Shown piece by piece: positions 35,501 to 42,733 of a DNA stretch of 48,333 bases. The first letter of the stretch is position 1. Each line of letters begins with the position of its first letter. The DNA lies in contig JAFVRU010000176.1 of assembly GCA_017504065.1 (NCBI GenBank), positions 1 to 48,333 on the forward strand, read 5' to 3'. Under the pieces are notes generated by a model. That model was not told where the DNA came from, did no database searches, and saw nothing but the letters and a program-made list of their open reading frames with translations. The position numbers were made by a program, and so were the translations under genes. This DNA is from Clostridia bacterium. Its GTDB lineage: Bacteria > Bacillota > Clostridia > Christensenellales > Borkfalkiaceae.

Positions 35501-35538
35501 AATATCTTCTCTCCCATTTTGGTTTTTTCTCTTTTGTT

Positions 35539-36651
35539 TTAAATTCTGCCTTCATAGCTGACGGTGTCAAAAATCACGCCCGTCCGCACTTTCTTTTTCT
35601 TACCCGTCAACGCGTCTTCGTCCGACGTCGCTTTCATATCCACGAAGAAATCGATCAAGAATCCCGCCAGCGCCAACGCCGATAAAACCGCAGGAATCCA
35701 AATTTTTCCGCCGTCAATCAGAGCCCAAACCGTCGCTCCGATCGCAACCAAGAACAGTAATACGGAATAACCGCGGAATTTCTTCGCTCCTTTCGCCTGT
35801 TTTCCCGCTTGATCGAATTCCCGATCCGACGTCGCATGCGAAACCAAGGCAAAGGTAAGCAACATCATCAAAACTTGCAACCCGCAATCGATCAAAAGCG
35901 TCTTATTTTCCAAAACGCCGTCCAAACCGCCCGCGACGAACGTTGCAATCGCTACGGGGAAGGAATTGCGCTCCAACAGCAAGAACCATACCGCCGCCAT
36001 AATACAAAGCTGTAATAAATTTCGGAAAAACGGCGCGATTCGTCCGATTTCCCGCTTGTGTTCTACGTAATCGGCTTTGGATACGTCGTAGCTAAACAAA
36101 CTCACTTTGCCGCCCATCAAGCCGCACCAGAAATGGAATACGAGCCCAACGCCGAGCGTTGCCGCGCCCAAAATTTGCATTTCCGCGTAGTCTTTGCCAC
36201 AGACCAAGAAAATCAATGCGTATAAGTTGCACACGCTCGCAAACGAGCCGGAAAAAATTCGCCCAATGCGTTTTAAATGCACGAAATTTTCGTTAAAACC
36301 GTGTTCCCGCGTTACCCGTTCCCGATACAGTCCGCCCCTTTGCGCAAAACAACGGAACAGATTGATGAGCAGCGTAGAGAGCAACAACGCATAGATACAA
36401 GCCGCGACAAACCCCGTCAAAGGCAGAGTTTGTAAGGGTTTTTGCCATTTCAACAAATCCCAAACGTGGAAAACGTCCAAAGCGACGTTCTTTCCATCGG
36501 CTACGTCTATTTTGACGAACGCAAACAGCGCCGCCAAGATCGGAAGCGCAATCACGCCCAACAAATATAACGTACCGACAATTTTCATTTTACGGTGCGC
36601 CGAACGGACTTTTTTCCGTAACGCAACCGCTTTCGAATTGGTTATCTGCAT
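35539..36651 (-). CDS. Paralog 2 of the uncharacterised polytopic membrane protein family (short tail)
   Basis: 370 aa. RIFSGSFA, GLVFHFWCGLMGGK, RNLLQLCIMAAVWFLLLE and LVSHATSDREF...GAKKFRGYS. Confidence 0.7.
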   Translation of the reverse strand: MQITNSKAVALRKKVRSAHRKMKIVGTLYLLGVIALPILAALFAFVKIDVADGKNVALDVFHVWDLLKWQKPLQTLPLTGFVAACIYALLLSTLLINLFRCFAQRGGLYRERVTREHGFNENFVHLKRIGRIFSGSFASVCNLYALIFLVCGKDYAEMQILGAATLGVGLVFHFWCGLMGGKVSLFSYDVSKADYVEHKREIGRIAPFFRNLLQLCIMAAVWFLLLERNSFPVAIATFVAGGLDGVLENKTLLIDCGLQVLMMLLTFALVSHATSDREFDQAGKQAKGAKKFRGYSVLLFLVAIGATVWALIDGGKIWIPAVLSALALAGFLIDFFVDMKATSDEDALTGKKKKVRTGVIFDTVSYEGRI

Positions 36652-36732
36652 AATTTTTCCCCATTATATCAAACGCACGCTCCCCCGAAGTTTGTCGGGG
36701 GAAACGCGCTCTTTATCGTTCGGTATGCCCAA

Positions 36733-38067
36733 TCAATAATTATATTCCATGTTGTTTTTTTGCGGATATCCATTCGGCTGACCCATAGGATATGCAGGGT
36801 TATAGTTCGCGGAAAGGAAATCGTCCAAATCCATTTCGTCGCTCGACATGGGAGCAGGCATAGGCTGTTCTTCCACCATATCCATCTTCCCCTTTATGCC
36901 CGCTTTTTTCAGCAGCTTTTCTTCTTTGCTGCGCGGCATGTTATGCATAATGAGTTCGATGATGAACATAACGAACGCAATCGCCGCGATGATCACGAAT
37001 TCCAAACTCGTATCCTTGATCGCTTTGATGAGTTCTTTTGCTTCGGAGAGTTTTTCCAACGGAGCCCACATTCCGAGAACAAATCCCGCTTCCCCGAACA
37101 AATATCTACAAGCGATTACGCCTACAACTGAGAGCACGGTGAAGAACGCGAATACGCGATAATTCTTCATTCCCGCGGCATGTTTGCCTTCAATACCGTA
37201 TTCCGTCGAAGCCGTCGCGTGCTTTACAAGCACCATAAGCCAAATAATCATAACGACTTGCACCGCCGTTGCGATGAAATAGAACATTTTGTCCTTATTC
37301 ATCACGTATTCTTTAAACGCGCCTTTTTGGAGCAACGGATCGATACAAACCGCAATCGTCGTCGCTTTCAAGAAGAAATACAGCATCGCGAACGCAGCCG
37401 CTACTTGCAACAAGTTCCGAATGAACGGCGCAACTCTGCCGCAATCCCGTTTTTGTTCGACGATTCCCACGCCTTCATGGATCACGAACAAGCTCGCCTT
37501 GCCGCCCCAGAGCCCGCAAAGGAAATGCACCGCAAGTCCGCCTGCGAGCACAAAAATCAACCATTTCACGTTTTCGAATTTCAACAATTCCAAGGGCAAG
37601 CCCGACAAAACGCAAATGACGAAATTGATCAAAATAATCACGGCGAACGAACCGGAGAAAATTCGGCTCAAATCTTCCATAGCATATACGTTACGGTTAA
37701 ACCCGTACGTTTTACTCGCCTTTTTCTTAAACAACCAGTTGAGTTTGGAAAGCGCCTTGAAAACGTTAATGAGCAACGTAAACAACAGCAACCCGTACAG
37801 GATGTAAGGTACGTAATGATAAATCCCCGCCGCCGTTTTCAAATTGTCGAGTTTCATACCTTTAAAGACTTTGTAAAATTCCGTTACTTGTAATTGGGAC
37901 AACGTGCCGATGTCCAAGAGCGGCAAACAAGCCGCCGCAGCCAACGCCATCGTTGCAAGCAAATACAAGATCCCGACGAACTTTGCGCGGGAACGCGTTT
38001 TTGCAATGCGCTTTTTTAAGTAAACGCTCTGTTTGGTCGGTACAGTTTTCACTTTGTACTTTCTCAT
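36733..38067 (-). CDS. Paralog 3 of the uncharacterised polytopic membrane protein family (extra helices, acidic/Pro-Tyr tail)
   Basis: 444 aa. RIFSGSFA, GLAVHFLCGLWGGK, RNLLQVAAAFAMLYFFLK and LVKHATASTEY...GMKNYRVFA. Confidence 0.7.
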   Translation of the reverse strand: MRKYKVKTVPTKQSVYLKKRIAKTRSRAKFVGILYLLATMALAAAACLPLLDIGTLSQLQVTEFYKVFKGMKLDNLKTAAGIYHYVPYILYGLLLFTLLINVFKALSKLNWLFKKKASKTYGFNRNVYAMEDLSRIFSGSFAVIILINFVICVLSGLPLELLKFENVKWLIFVLAGGLAVHFLCGLWGGKASLFVIHEGVGIVEQKRDCGRVAPFIRNLLQVAAAFAMLYFFLKATTIAVCIDPLLQKGAFKEYVMNKDKMFYFIATAVQVVMIIWLMVLVKHATASTEYGIEGKHAAGMKNYRVFAFFTVLSVVGVIACRYLFGEAGFVLGMWAPLEKLSEAKELIKAIKDTSLEFVIIAAIAFVMFIIELIMHNMPRSKEEKLLKKAGIKGKMDMVEEQPMPAPMSSDEMDLDDFLSANYNPAYPMGQPNGYPQKNNMEYNY

Positions 38068-38152
38068 AATATAGTCTCCTTGTTTTTTTGCCCTTATCCG
38101 TTTTGGAGATACGATCTTCGTCCTTTTTTACAAAAGATTTTCTCTCCTTTTT

Positions 38153-38181
38153 ATTATACATTTTTTTCTTTGTATTGTCAA
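38153..38181 (-). promoter_or_regulatory. Sigma-A-type extended -10 promoter of the three-paralog array
   Basis: TTGACA (38176-38181), 17 nt, TGTATAAT (-10 at 38153-38158), about 85 nt upstream of the paralog-3 ATG. Confidence 0.6.
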
Positions 38182-38244
38182 TATCCTTTCCGAAAAAAAA
38201 CAGGTATTTTCAAAAAAAGATTGTTTTCTTTCGGGAGTTTTTAC

Positions 38245-38781
38245 TCACTTGTGCTTTTTAAATTTCTTCTTATACGCGGCAATACATTTTTCAATGCATT
38301 CCATCGCTTCGTCGCGATGACAAATTTCCTTGACTGTCGTTTGTTTATGCTCCAAGGATTTATACACTTCGAAGAAGTGCATCATTTCATCGAATACATG
38401 CTTGGGCAATTCGTGAATATCGTAATAATTGTTATACGTAGGATCGCCGAACGGAATCGCAATAATTTTCTCATCAAGCGAACCGTTGTCGATCATTTTG
38501 ATCACGCCGATCGGATAACACCGCACGAGCGTAGTTGGATAAATCGTTTCTCCGCATAAAACCAAAACGTCCAAAGGATCTTCGTCTTCCGCGTACGTTT
38601 TGGGAATAAACCCGTAATTTGCGGGATAGACCGTGGACGTATATAATACCCGATCGAGCTTTAAGCAACCCGTTTCTTTGTCCAATTCATATTTTGTTTT
38701 GCAGCCTTTGGGAATCTCAATAAACGCTTCGAAACTTTTTGGCGTAATGCGATCCAAAGAAATGTCATGCCAAATATTCAT
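38245..38781 (-). CDS. ppa: Inorganic pyrophosphatase (family I)
   Basis: From the internal ATG (MNIWHDISL...): IEIPKGCKTKYELDKETG, YPANYGFIP and DPLDVLVL are family I PPase blocks. Confidence 0.9.
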   Translation of the reverse strand: MNIWHDISLDRITPKSFEAFIEIPKGCKTKYELDKETGCLKLDRVLYTSTVYPANYGFIPKTYAEDEDPLDVLVLCGETIYPTTLVRCYPIGVIKMIDNGSLDEKIIAIPFGDPTYNNYYDIHELPKHVFDEMMHFFEVYKSLEHKQTTVKEICHRDEAMECIEKCIAAYKKKFKKHK

Positions 38782-38812
38782 AGAGTGCACCTTCTTTTCT
38801 TTTGTTAGATAT

Positions 38813-38841
38813 ATTGTATCATATTTTACGTCGGATAGCAA
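38813..38841 (-). promoter_or_regulatory. Sigma-A-type promoter of ppa
   Basis: TTGCTA (38836-38841), 17 nt, TGaTACAAT (-10 at 38813-38818). Confidence 0.5.
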
Positions 38842-38976
38842 GAATTTTATAGGGAAAGAAAGGCTCGTTTTTTGTCTATTCTTGTTGCTTTTCTTCTCAT
38901 TAGTTTGCAAGTTCGAACTACTTCCACGCTAGGCGATCACTCCGCGCATGATGCCAATAGGGACACCAACGAGCCG

Positions 38977-39026
38977 CACCCTAACAGCAACGAAAGATAG
39001 AAAGACCTAGTCAAGGCGTTGCCTTG
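38977..39026. repeat. Direct repeat B, copy 1
   Basis: 50 nt, 46/50 identical to 39096-39145. Ends in the hairpin CAAGGC-GTT-GCCTTG. Confidence 0.85.
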
Positions 39027-39095
39027 TCGATTGATCAGATTCTATCACTTCGCTCCGCTCGTTCCAGAATGACAATATCGAAAACAAATAAGCAA

Positions 39096-39145
39096 CACCC
39101 TACCGACAACGAAAGATAGAAAGACCTAGTCAAGGCATTGCCTTG
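39096..39145. repeat. Direct repeat B, copy 2
   Basis: 50 nt, 46/50 identical to 38977-39026. Directly abuts repeat A copy 1. Confidence 0.85.
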
Positions 39146-39198
39146 CGCGCGAACCCGCGAAGAACTCGCGACATCGAGCGACCCACTCTAACGCCAAA
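39146..39198. repeat. Direct repeat A, copy 1
   Basis: 53 nt, 50/53 identical to 39289-39341. Followed immediately by a 14-nt copy of the tRNA-Ser 3' end. Confidence 0.85.
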
Positions 39199-39212
39199 GG
39201 CGCAGAAGACGG
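39199..39212. repeat. Duplicate of the tRNA-Ser 3' end (att-like core)
   Basis: GGCGCAGAAGACGG versus GGCGCAGAAGGCGG at 39374-39387 (13/14). Confidence 0.7.
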
Positions 39213-39288
39213 CATTACTCGCTTTCGCTCGTAGCGTCGCTCGTCCGATTGCTTTCACATCACTCTGCCCAATCGTGCGGAACTCGCT

Positions 39289-39341
39289 CGCGCGAACCCG
39301 CGAAGAACTCGCGGCGTCGAGCGACCCACTCCAACGCCAAA
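39289..39341. repeat. Direct repeat A, copy 2
   Basis: 53 nt, 50/53 identical to 39146-39198. Abuts the tRNA-Ser terminator hairpin. Confidence 0.85.
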
Positions 39342-39371
39342 AGAACGGATAGGCGTTGCCTATCCGTTCTT
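39341..39371. terminator. Bidirectional hairpin terminator immediately 3' of tRNA-Ser
   Basis: 14-bp perfect stem AAGAACGGATAGGC/GCCTATCCGTTCTT with a 3-nt loop, flanked by A-run and T-run. Confidence 0.7.
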
Positions 39372-39372
39372 T

Positions 39373-39464
39373 TGGCGCAGAAGGCGGGATTCGAACCCGC
39401 GCTACGGTTTTCCCATACTACTCCCTTAGCAGGGGAGCCCCTTGAGCCTCTTGGGTACTTCTGC
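39373..39464 (-). tRNA. tRNA-Ser (anticodon GCU), CCA encoded
   Basis: Hand-folded. Acceptor GCAGAAG/CTTCTGC, anticodon stem CTCCC/GGGAG with loop CTGCTAA, long variable arm, T-arm GCGGG-TTCGAAT-CCCGC, discriminator G, CCA. Confidence 0.9.
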
Positions 39465-39484
39465 ATAGCTCATAAAGCTATATT

Positions 39485-39513
39485 ACTATACCACATTTTT
39501 TGTCCGTTGTCAA
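39485..39513 (-). promoter_or_regulatory. Sigma-A-type promoter of tRNA-Ser
   Basis: TTGACA (39508-39513), 17 nt, TATAGT (39485-39490), about 20 nt upstream of the mature 5' end. Confidence 0.6.
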
Positions 39514-39582
39514 AGCTTTTTGCCTTGAAAACCAAAAATATTTCGGGAAAATGTATTCACACTTCTTCCCATAAAAAACATT

Positions 39583-39606
39583 CGGGTCGGACAACCGTCC
39601 GACCCG
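39583..39606 (-). terminator. Intrinsic terminator after the NCS2 permease gene
   Basis: 10-bp stem CGGGTCGGAC/GTCCGACCCG with a 4-nt loop. A T-run follows after 4 nt on the minus strand. Confidence 0.6.
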
Positions 39607-39629
39607 TTTGCTTTTACTCTTTTACGCGA

Positions 39630-41063
39630 TTAGTGCGTGAACAAGAACATCAACAAGAAGATTGCCGTCAAAACATACGTAGCAACGGAAACTTCTTTCG
39701 CTTTGCCCGTGAATACTCTGATAAGCACGTACGAAACAAGGCCGAAGCCGATACCGAACGAAATGTTGTAAGTAAACGGCATCATCGCAATCGTAAGGAA
39801 TGCGGGAAGCGCGATCGCAGGATCAGTCCATTCGATATCACGAACGTTCACCATCATCAAGATACCAACGTAGATGAGCGCCGTAGCCGTTGCGCAAGAA
39901 GGAATTAATTGCGCGATCGGCGAAAGGAACATTGCAGCCGCGAACAAAATCGCTACTACGTAAGACGTAAGCGCCGTCTTACCGCCTGCAGCCGTACCAG
40001 CCGAAGATTCAACGAACGTCGTAACCGTGGACGTACCGAGAACCGCACCTGCACAAGTTGCAACAGCGTCCGCCATCATCGCTTTGTTAAGGTTGGGAAC
40101 TTCGCCCTTTTCGTCAAGCAAGTTACCGCTCTTGCAAGCGCCGTACAACGTACCAAGCGTATCGAACATATCTACAAGACAGAACGCCAAGGACGCCGTA
40201 ACAAGCGCAAGGATAAAGTCAAACATACCGTTTGCATCGATATAATCAGAGAAATCAAACCCATCCGTGAATACTTTCGCGAAAGACATTTCACCGAAAT
40301 CCTTGAACGCGTTAATCGGGTTATCAAACGTAATTGCTTTGAAATATGCCGTGCATGCATCGTTTCCGCAAGCTGCGCTGACGCCCATTACCGCATAATA
40401 AACTACCGCGGAGAACAAGATCCCCCAAAGAATAGCGCCTTTCACGCCTTTCTTAGACAATGCCGCAATCGCGATTACGCCAACGATAACAACAAGCAAG
40501 GGAATAATATCAAACCAAGCTCTCGTTTCGCTCAACAGGTTCATACTCCCCATCGTAACGCCCGTCGAAGGATCAGCGATTACCAAACCTGCATTTTGCG
40601 CGCCGATGAAAGCAATGAACAAACCGATACCTGCGGGGATCGCTTTCTTAATGTCTGCGGGAATCGCTTCAAAAATCTTCTTACGAAGCCCCGTAGCGGT
40701 AAGCAATATAAATACAAGACCGTCGATTAAAATGAACACCAACGTATTTGCATACGAGAACCCAAACCCGAAACACATCGTGAATACGAAGAATGCGTTC
40801 AACCCCATACCGGGCGCTTGCGCCAAAGGCAACCCTGCCAAAAGCCCGATCAGCACCGTGCCGATAATCGCGGAAAGCGCCGTAACGATATACATCGCAC
40901 CGTAGGATACAACCCCAAGGTTTGCAAACATGTCTGCATTTACCATAAGGATGTAAACCATCGCCATGAACGTCGTTAAGCCGGCAATGACTTCCGTCTT
41001 GACGTTCGTTCCCTTTTTCGACAACTCAAATTTCTTGTCGAGAAAAGCATTGAAATTAGCCAT
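39630..41063 (-). CDS. NCS2-family purine permease (adenine/guanine/hypoxanthine, AzgA/PbuG-like)
   Basis: 477 aa. N-terminus FLDKKFELSKKGTNVKTEVIAGLTTFMAMVYILMVN and about 12-13 TM segments are typical of COG2252 permeases. Confidence 0.9.
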   Translation of the reverse strand: MANFNAFLDKKFELSKKGTNVKTEVIAGLTTFMAMVYILMVNADMFANLGVVSYGAMYIVTALSAIIGTVLIGLLAGLPLAQAPGMGLNAFFVFTMCFGFGFSYANTLVFILIDGLVFILLTATGLRKKIFEAIPADIKKAIPAGIGLFIAFIGAQNAGLVIADPSTGVTMGSMNLLSETRAWFDIIPLLVVIVGVIAIAALSKKGVKGAILWGILFSAVVYYAVMGVSAACGNDACTAYFKAITFDNPINAFKDFGEMSFAKVFTDGFDFSDYIDANGMFDFILALVTASLAFCLVDMFDTLGTLYGACKSGNLLDEKGEVPNLNKAMMADAVATCAGAVLGTSTVTTFVESSAGTAAGGKTALTSYVVAILFAAAMFLSPIAQLIPSCATATALIYVGILMMVNVRDIEWTDPAIALPAFLTIAMMPFTYNISFGIGFGLVSYVLIRVFTGKAKEVSVATYVLTAIFLLMFLFTH

Positions 41064-41137
41064 AAAAAAACTCCTTAAAAAATTTTTTGATCTGAAATCG
41101 AATCATTTATCAACGAAACTTTTTCAAACCTATCATA

Positions 41138-41166
41138 ATTCTATCATATTTGACAAAATTCGTCAA
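41138..41166 (-). promoter_or_regulatory. Sigma-A-type promoter of the permease gene, with the -35 overlapping a palindrome
   Basis: TTGACG (41161-41166), 17 nt, TAGAAT (41138-41143). The palindrome TTTGAC-N7-GTCAAA is at 41149-41167. Confidence 0.5.
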
Positions 41167-41246
41167 ACGTTTTAGAGAACTTTTCTCAAAAAGCCGTCAA
41201 GTTTTTCACTCCCCACAGAAAATCGAGTCCTTTTTCTTTCAAACGC

Positions 41247-41283
41247 TTGACTTAAAAACTCCGATAGAGTATAATACTATCGG
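41247..41283 (+). promoter_or_regulatory. Consensus sigma-A promoter of nagB with an inverted repeat across the -10
   Basis: TTGACT (41247-41252), 17 nt, TATAAT (41270-41275). The inverted repeat CCGATAG (41261-41267) / CTATCGG (41277-41283) brackets the -10. Confidence 0.6.
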
Positions 41284-41314
41284 ACATAAAATAAAAATTA
41301 GGAGAGCTATGATT

Positions 41315-42037
41315 ATGAAAGTTATTATCACGGAAAACTACGATGAAATGAGCAAAAAAGCAGCGGAAATACTCATTGACGTTGTGAAAAAGAACCCGAA
41401 TGCGGTGCTCGGTCTTGCGACCGGTTCTAGCCCTATCGGCACGTATCAAAACATGATCAAGGATCATGAAGAAAACGGCACGTCTTACAAGAACGTAAGC
41501 TCGGTAAACTTGGATGAATACGTTGGATTGACCGCCGATCACGACCAAAGCTACGCGTACTTTATGCGGACGAACCTGTTCGATTCTATCGATATCGATC
41601 AAGCGAACACCAACCTGCCTTGCGGTGCGGCTGCCGATTTGCAAAAGGAATGCGACAGATATAACGCACTTTTGGAAACCAAGCAACAAGACGTACAAGT
41701 ATTGGGGCTCGGCTCGAACGGACACATTGGCTTCAACGAACCCAACACGCCGTTTGATTCCGTAACGCATATCGTTGATCTTACGGAAAATACGATCAAA
41801 GACAACTCCCGTTTGTTCGCTTCCATCGACGAAGTACCCCGTCAAGCGTTGTCTATGGGGATTAAGAATATTATGCAAGCGAAATCCATCGTCATGGTTG
41901 TTTCGGGTAAGAACAAAGCGGCGGCGGTAAAAGGCATGGTCAAGGGCGAGATCACTCCCGCGCTTCCTGCGTCTGTTTTACAGCTCCACCCTTGCGTTAC
42001 CGTTATTTGCGATAAGGACGCTGCAAGTTTGCTGTAA
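41315..42037 (+). CDS. nagB: Glucosamine-6-phosphate deaminase
   Basis: MKVIITENYDEMSKKAAE..., LGLATGSSP, NLDEYVGL and GLGSNGHIGFNEP. Start at the second ATG (41315), 8 nt after GGAGAG. Confidence 0.9.
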   Translation: MKVIITENYDEMSKKAAEILIDVVKKNPNAVLGLATGSSPIGTYQNMIKDHEENGTSYKNVSSVNLDEYVGLTADHDQSYAYFMRTNLFDSIDIDQANTNLPCGAAADLQKECDRYNALLETKQQDVQVLGLGSNGHIGFNEPNTPFDSVTHIVDLTENTIKDNSRLFASIDEVPRQALSMGIKNIMQAKSIVMVVSGKNKAAAVKGMVKGEITPALPASVLQLHPCVTVICDKDAASLL

Positions 42038-42056
42038 TTGCTGTTAAGTATGAGAA

Positions 42057-42082
42057 AACGCCGTAACCTGTGTTACGGCGTT
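42057..42082. terminator. Bidirectional terminator between nagB and the zinc-ribbon gene
   Basis: 11-bp stem AACGCCGTAAC/GTTACGGCGTT with a 4-nt loop, flanked by an A-run and TTTTGTTTTTG. Confidence 0.7.
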
Positions 42083-42100
42083 TTTGTTTTTGCTTTATAA

Positions 42101-42337
42101 TTAGTTTTCGTATGTAGTTACGTAAGCTTCCGACGTGGGATACGAAGAAACGTCTTTGACCATCTTTTCCCCTTTGCGAATGCGTAATAACGTATTGCAA
42201 ACCGGACACATATAGGCTACGCCGCCCGTTTTCATATTCAACGCTGCGCCGCATTTCGGACAATTCACTACGTAGTTCTTTACTTCTTCCTGTGTTTGTA
42301 CGGGCGTTGCCGCAACTTTTTGTTTTTTCGCTTTCAT
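42101..42337 (-). CDS. Free-standing small zinc-ribbon protein, homologous to the tail of membrane paralog 1
   Basis: 78 aa from the ATG at 42335-42337 (RBS AGGTGGAG). CPKC-x14-CPVCN-x5-RK matches CPTC-x14-CPACN-x5-RK in the 34007-35500 product. Confidence 0.6.
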   Translation of the reverse strand: MKAKKQKVAATPVQTQEEVKNYVVNCPKCGAALNMKTGGVAYMCPVCNTLLRIRKGEKMVKDVSSYPTSEAYVTTYEN

Positions 42338-42368
42338 AATTTCTCCACCTTTAGGCTTTCTTGTTATT

Positions 42369-42397
42369 ATTGTATACCTATTTCGGATTTTTGTCAA
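42369..42397 (-). promoter_or_regulatory. Sigma-A-type promoter of the zinc-ribbon gene
   Basis: TTGACA (42392-42397), 17 nt, TACAAT (42369-42374). Confidence 0.55.
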
Positions 42398-42442
42398 GAA
42401 CTTTTCACGATCTTACGCAAGAGTATTTGATTTTCCGTAAAA

Positions 42443-42472
42443 AAAGTTGCGAAACAACCGTTTCGCAACTTT
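42443..42472 (-). terminator. Intrinsic terminator ending the opp operon
   Basis: 13-bp stem AAAGTTGCGAAAC/GTTTCGCAACTTT with a 4-nt loop, followed by TTTTTTTAC on the minus strand. Confidence 0.75.
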
Positions 42473-42476
42473 GCTT

Positions 42477-42731
42477 TTAAAAGATATTCCCCCCGAGCAA
42501 CATCAGTAGGAAATACAGCGCCGCCAAAACCAACAACACGACGCACATCGGGAAAACCATCATCTTTACCGCATTCCAATACGTGCGCCATTTTTGCCTG
42601 CCCGTCGACTTACGCCGCGGTGGCGGCGGCGGTTGCGGCGTGCCCTGGCGGTTCACGCTCGACATATCCGCAATCGTGGAATTGTCGTCGTAATAAATGA
42701 CCTTTTCCTTTTTTTGCTTCTTTCGAGCCAT
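42477..42731 (-). CDS. Small single-pass membrane protein translationally coupled to the last ABC ATPase gene
   Basis: 84 aa from the ATG at 42729-42731. The AGGAG RBS overlaps the oppF-like stop. Lys-rich N-terminus, PQPPPPPRRK, and one C-terminal TM helix. Confidence 0.5.
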   Translation of the reverse strand: MARKKQKKEKVIYYDDNSTIADMSSVNRQGTPQPPPPPRRKSTGRQKWRTYWNAVKMMVFPMCVVLLVLAALYFLLMLLGGNIF

Positions 42732-42733
42732 AC

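Noticed and set aside
36652-36702. Internal terminator/promoter between membrane paralogs 3 and 2
   Set aside because: The 8-bp GC hairpin (36681-36702) lacks a U-tract. The TGaTATAAT (36663-36668) has no credible -35 and sits only 11 nt from the ATG, which conflicts with use of the GGGGA RBS. I leave it as an unassigned hairpin.
38979-38992. Similarity between the cassette IR core (CCCTAAGAGCGACG) and repeat B (CCCTAACAGCAACG), and between the IR outer end and the tRNA terminator (AAAACGAACGG versus AAAAGAACGG)
   Set aside because: The match is 12/14 and does not extend. By a rough estimate, a match of this quality is expected by chance at about the 0.3 level in a window of this size, so I do not call a shared repeat family.
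38977-39341. Possible CRISPR array
   Set aside because: There are only two copies each of two different 50-53-nt repeats, with 69- and 90-nt gaps. The repeats are imperfect, there are no cas genes, and the layout is better explained as duplicated tRNA-flank modules.
39143-39908. Plus-strand ORFs 39143-39352 (69 aa) and 39249-39908 (219 aa), and minus ORF 39260-39466
   Set aside because: They run through the repeat modules, the tRNA-Ser gene, its promoter and the antisense strand of the permease gene. Their internal peptide repeats simply mirror the DNA repeats. They have no RBS.
41064-41137. Purine riboswitch upstream of the NCS2 permease
   Set aside because: The leader is only about 70 nt and AT-rich. 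It lacks the conserved purine-riboswitch junction and loop sequences and has no terminator.
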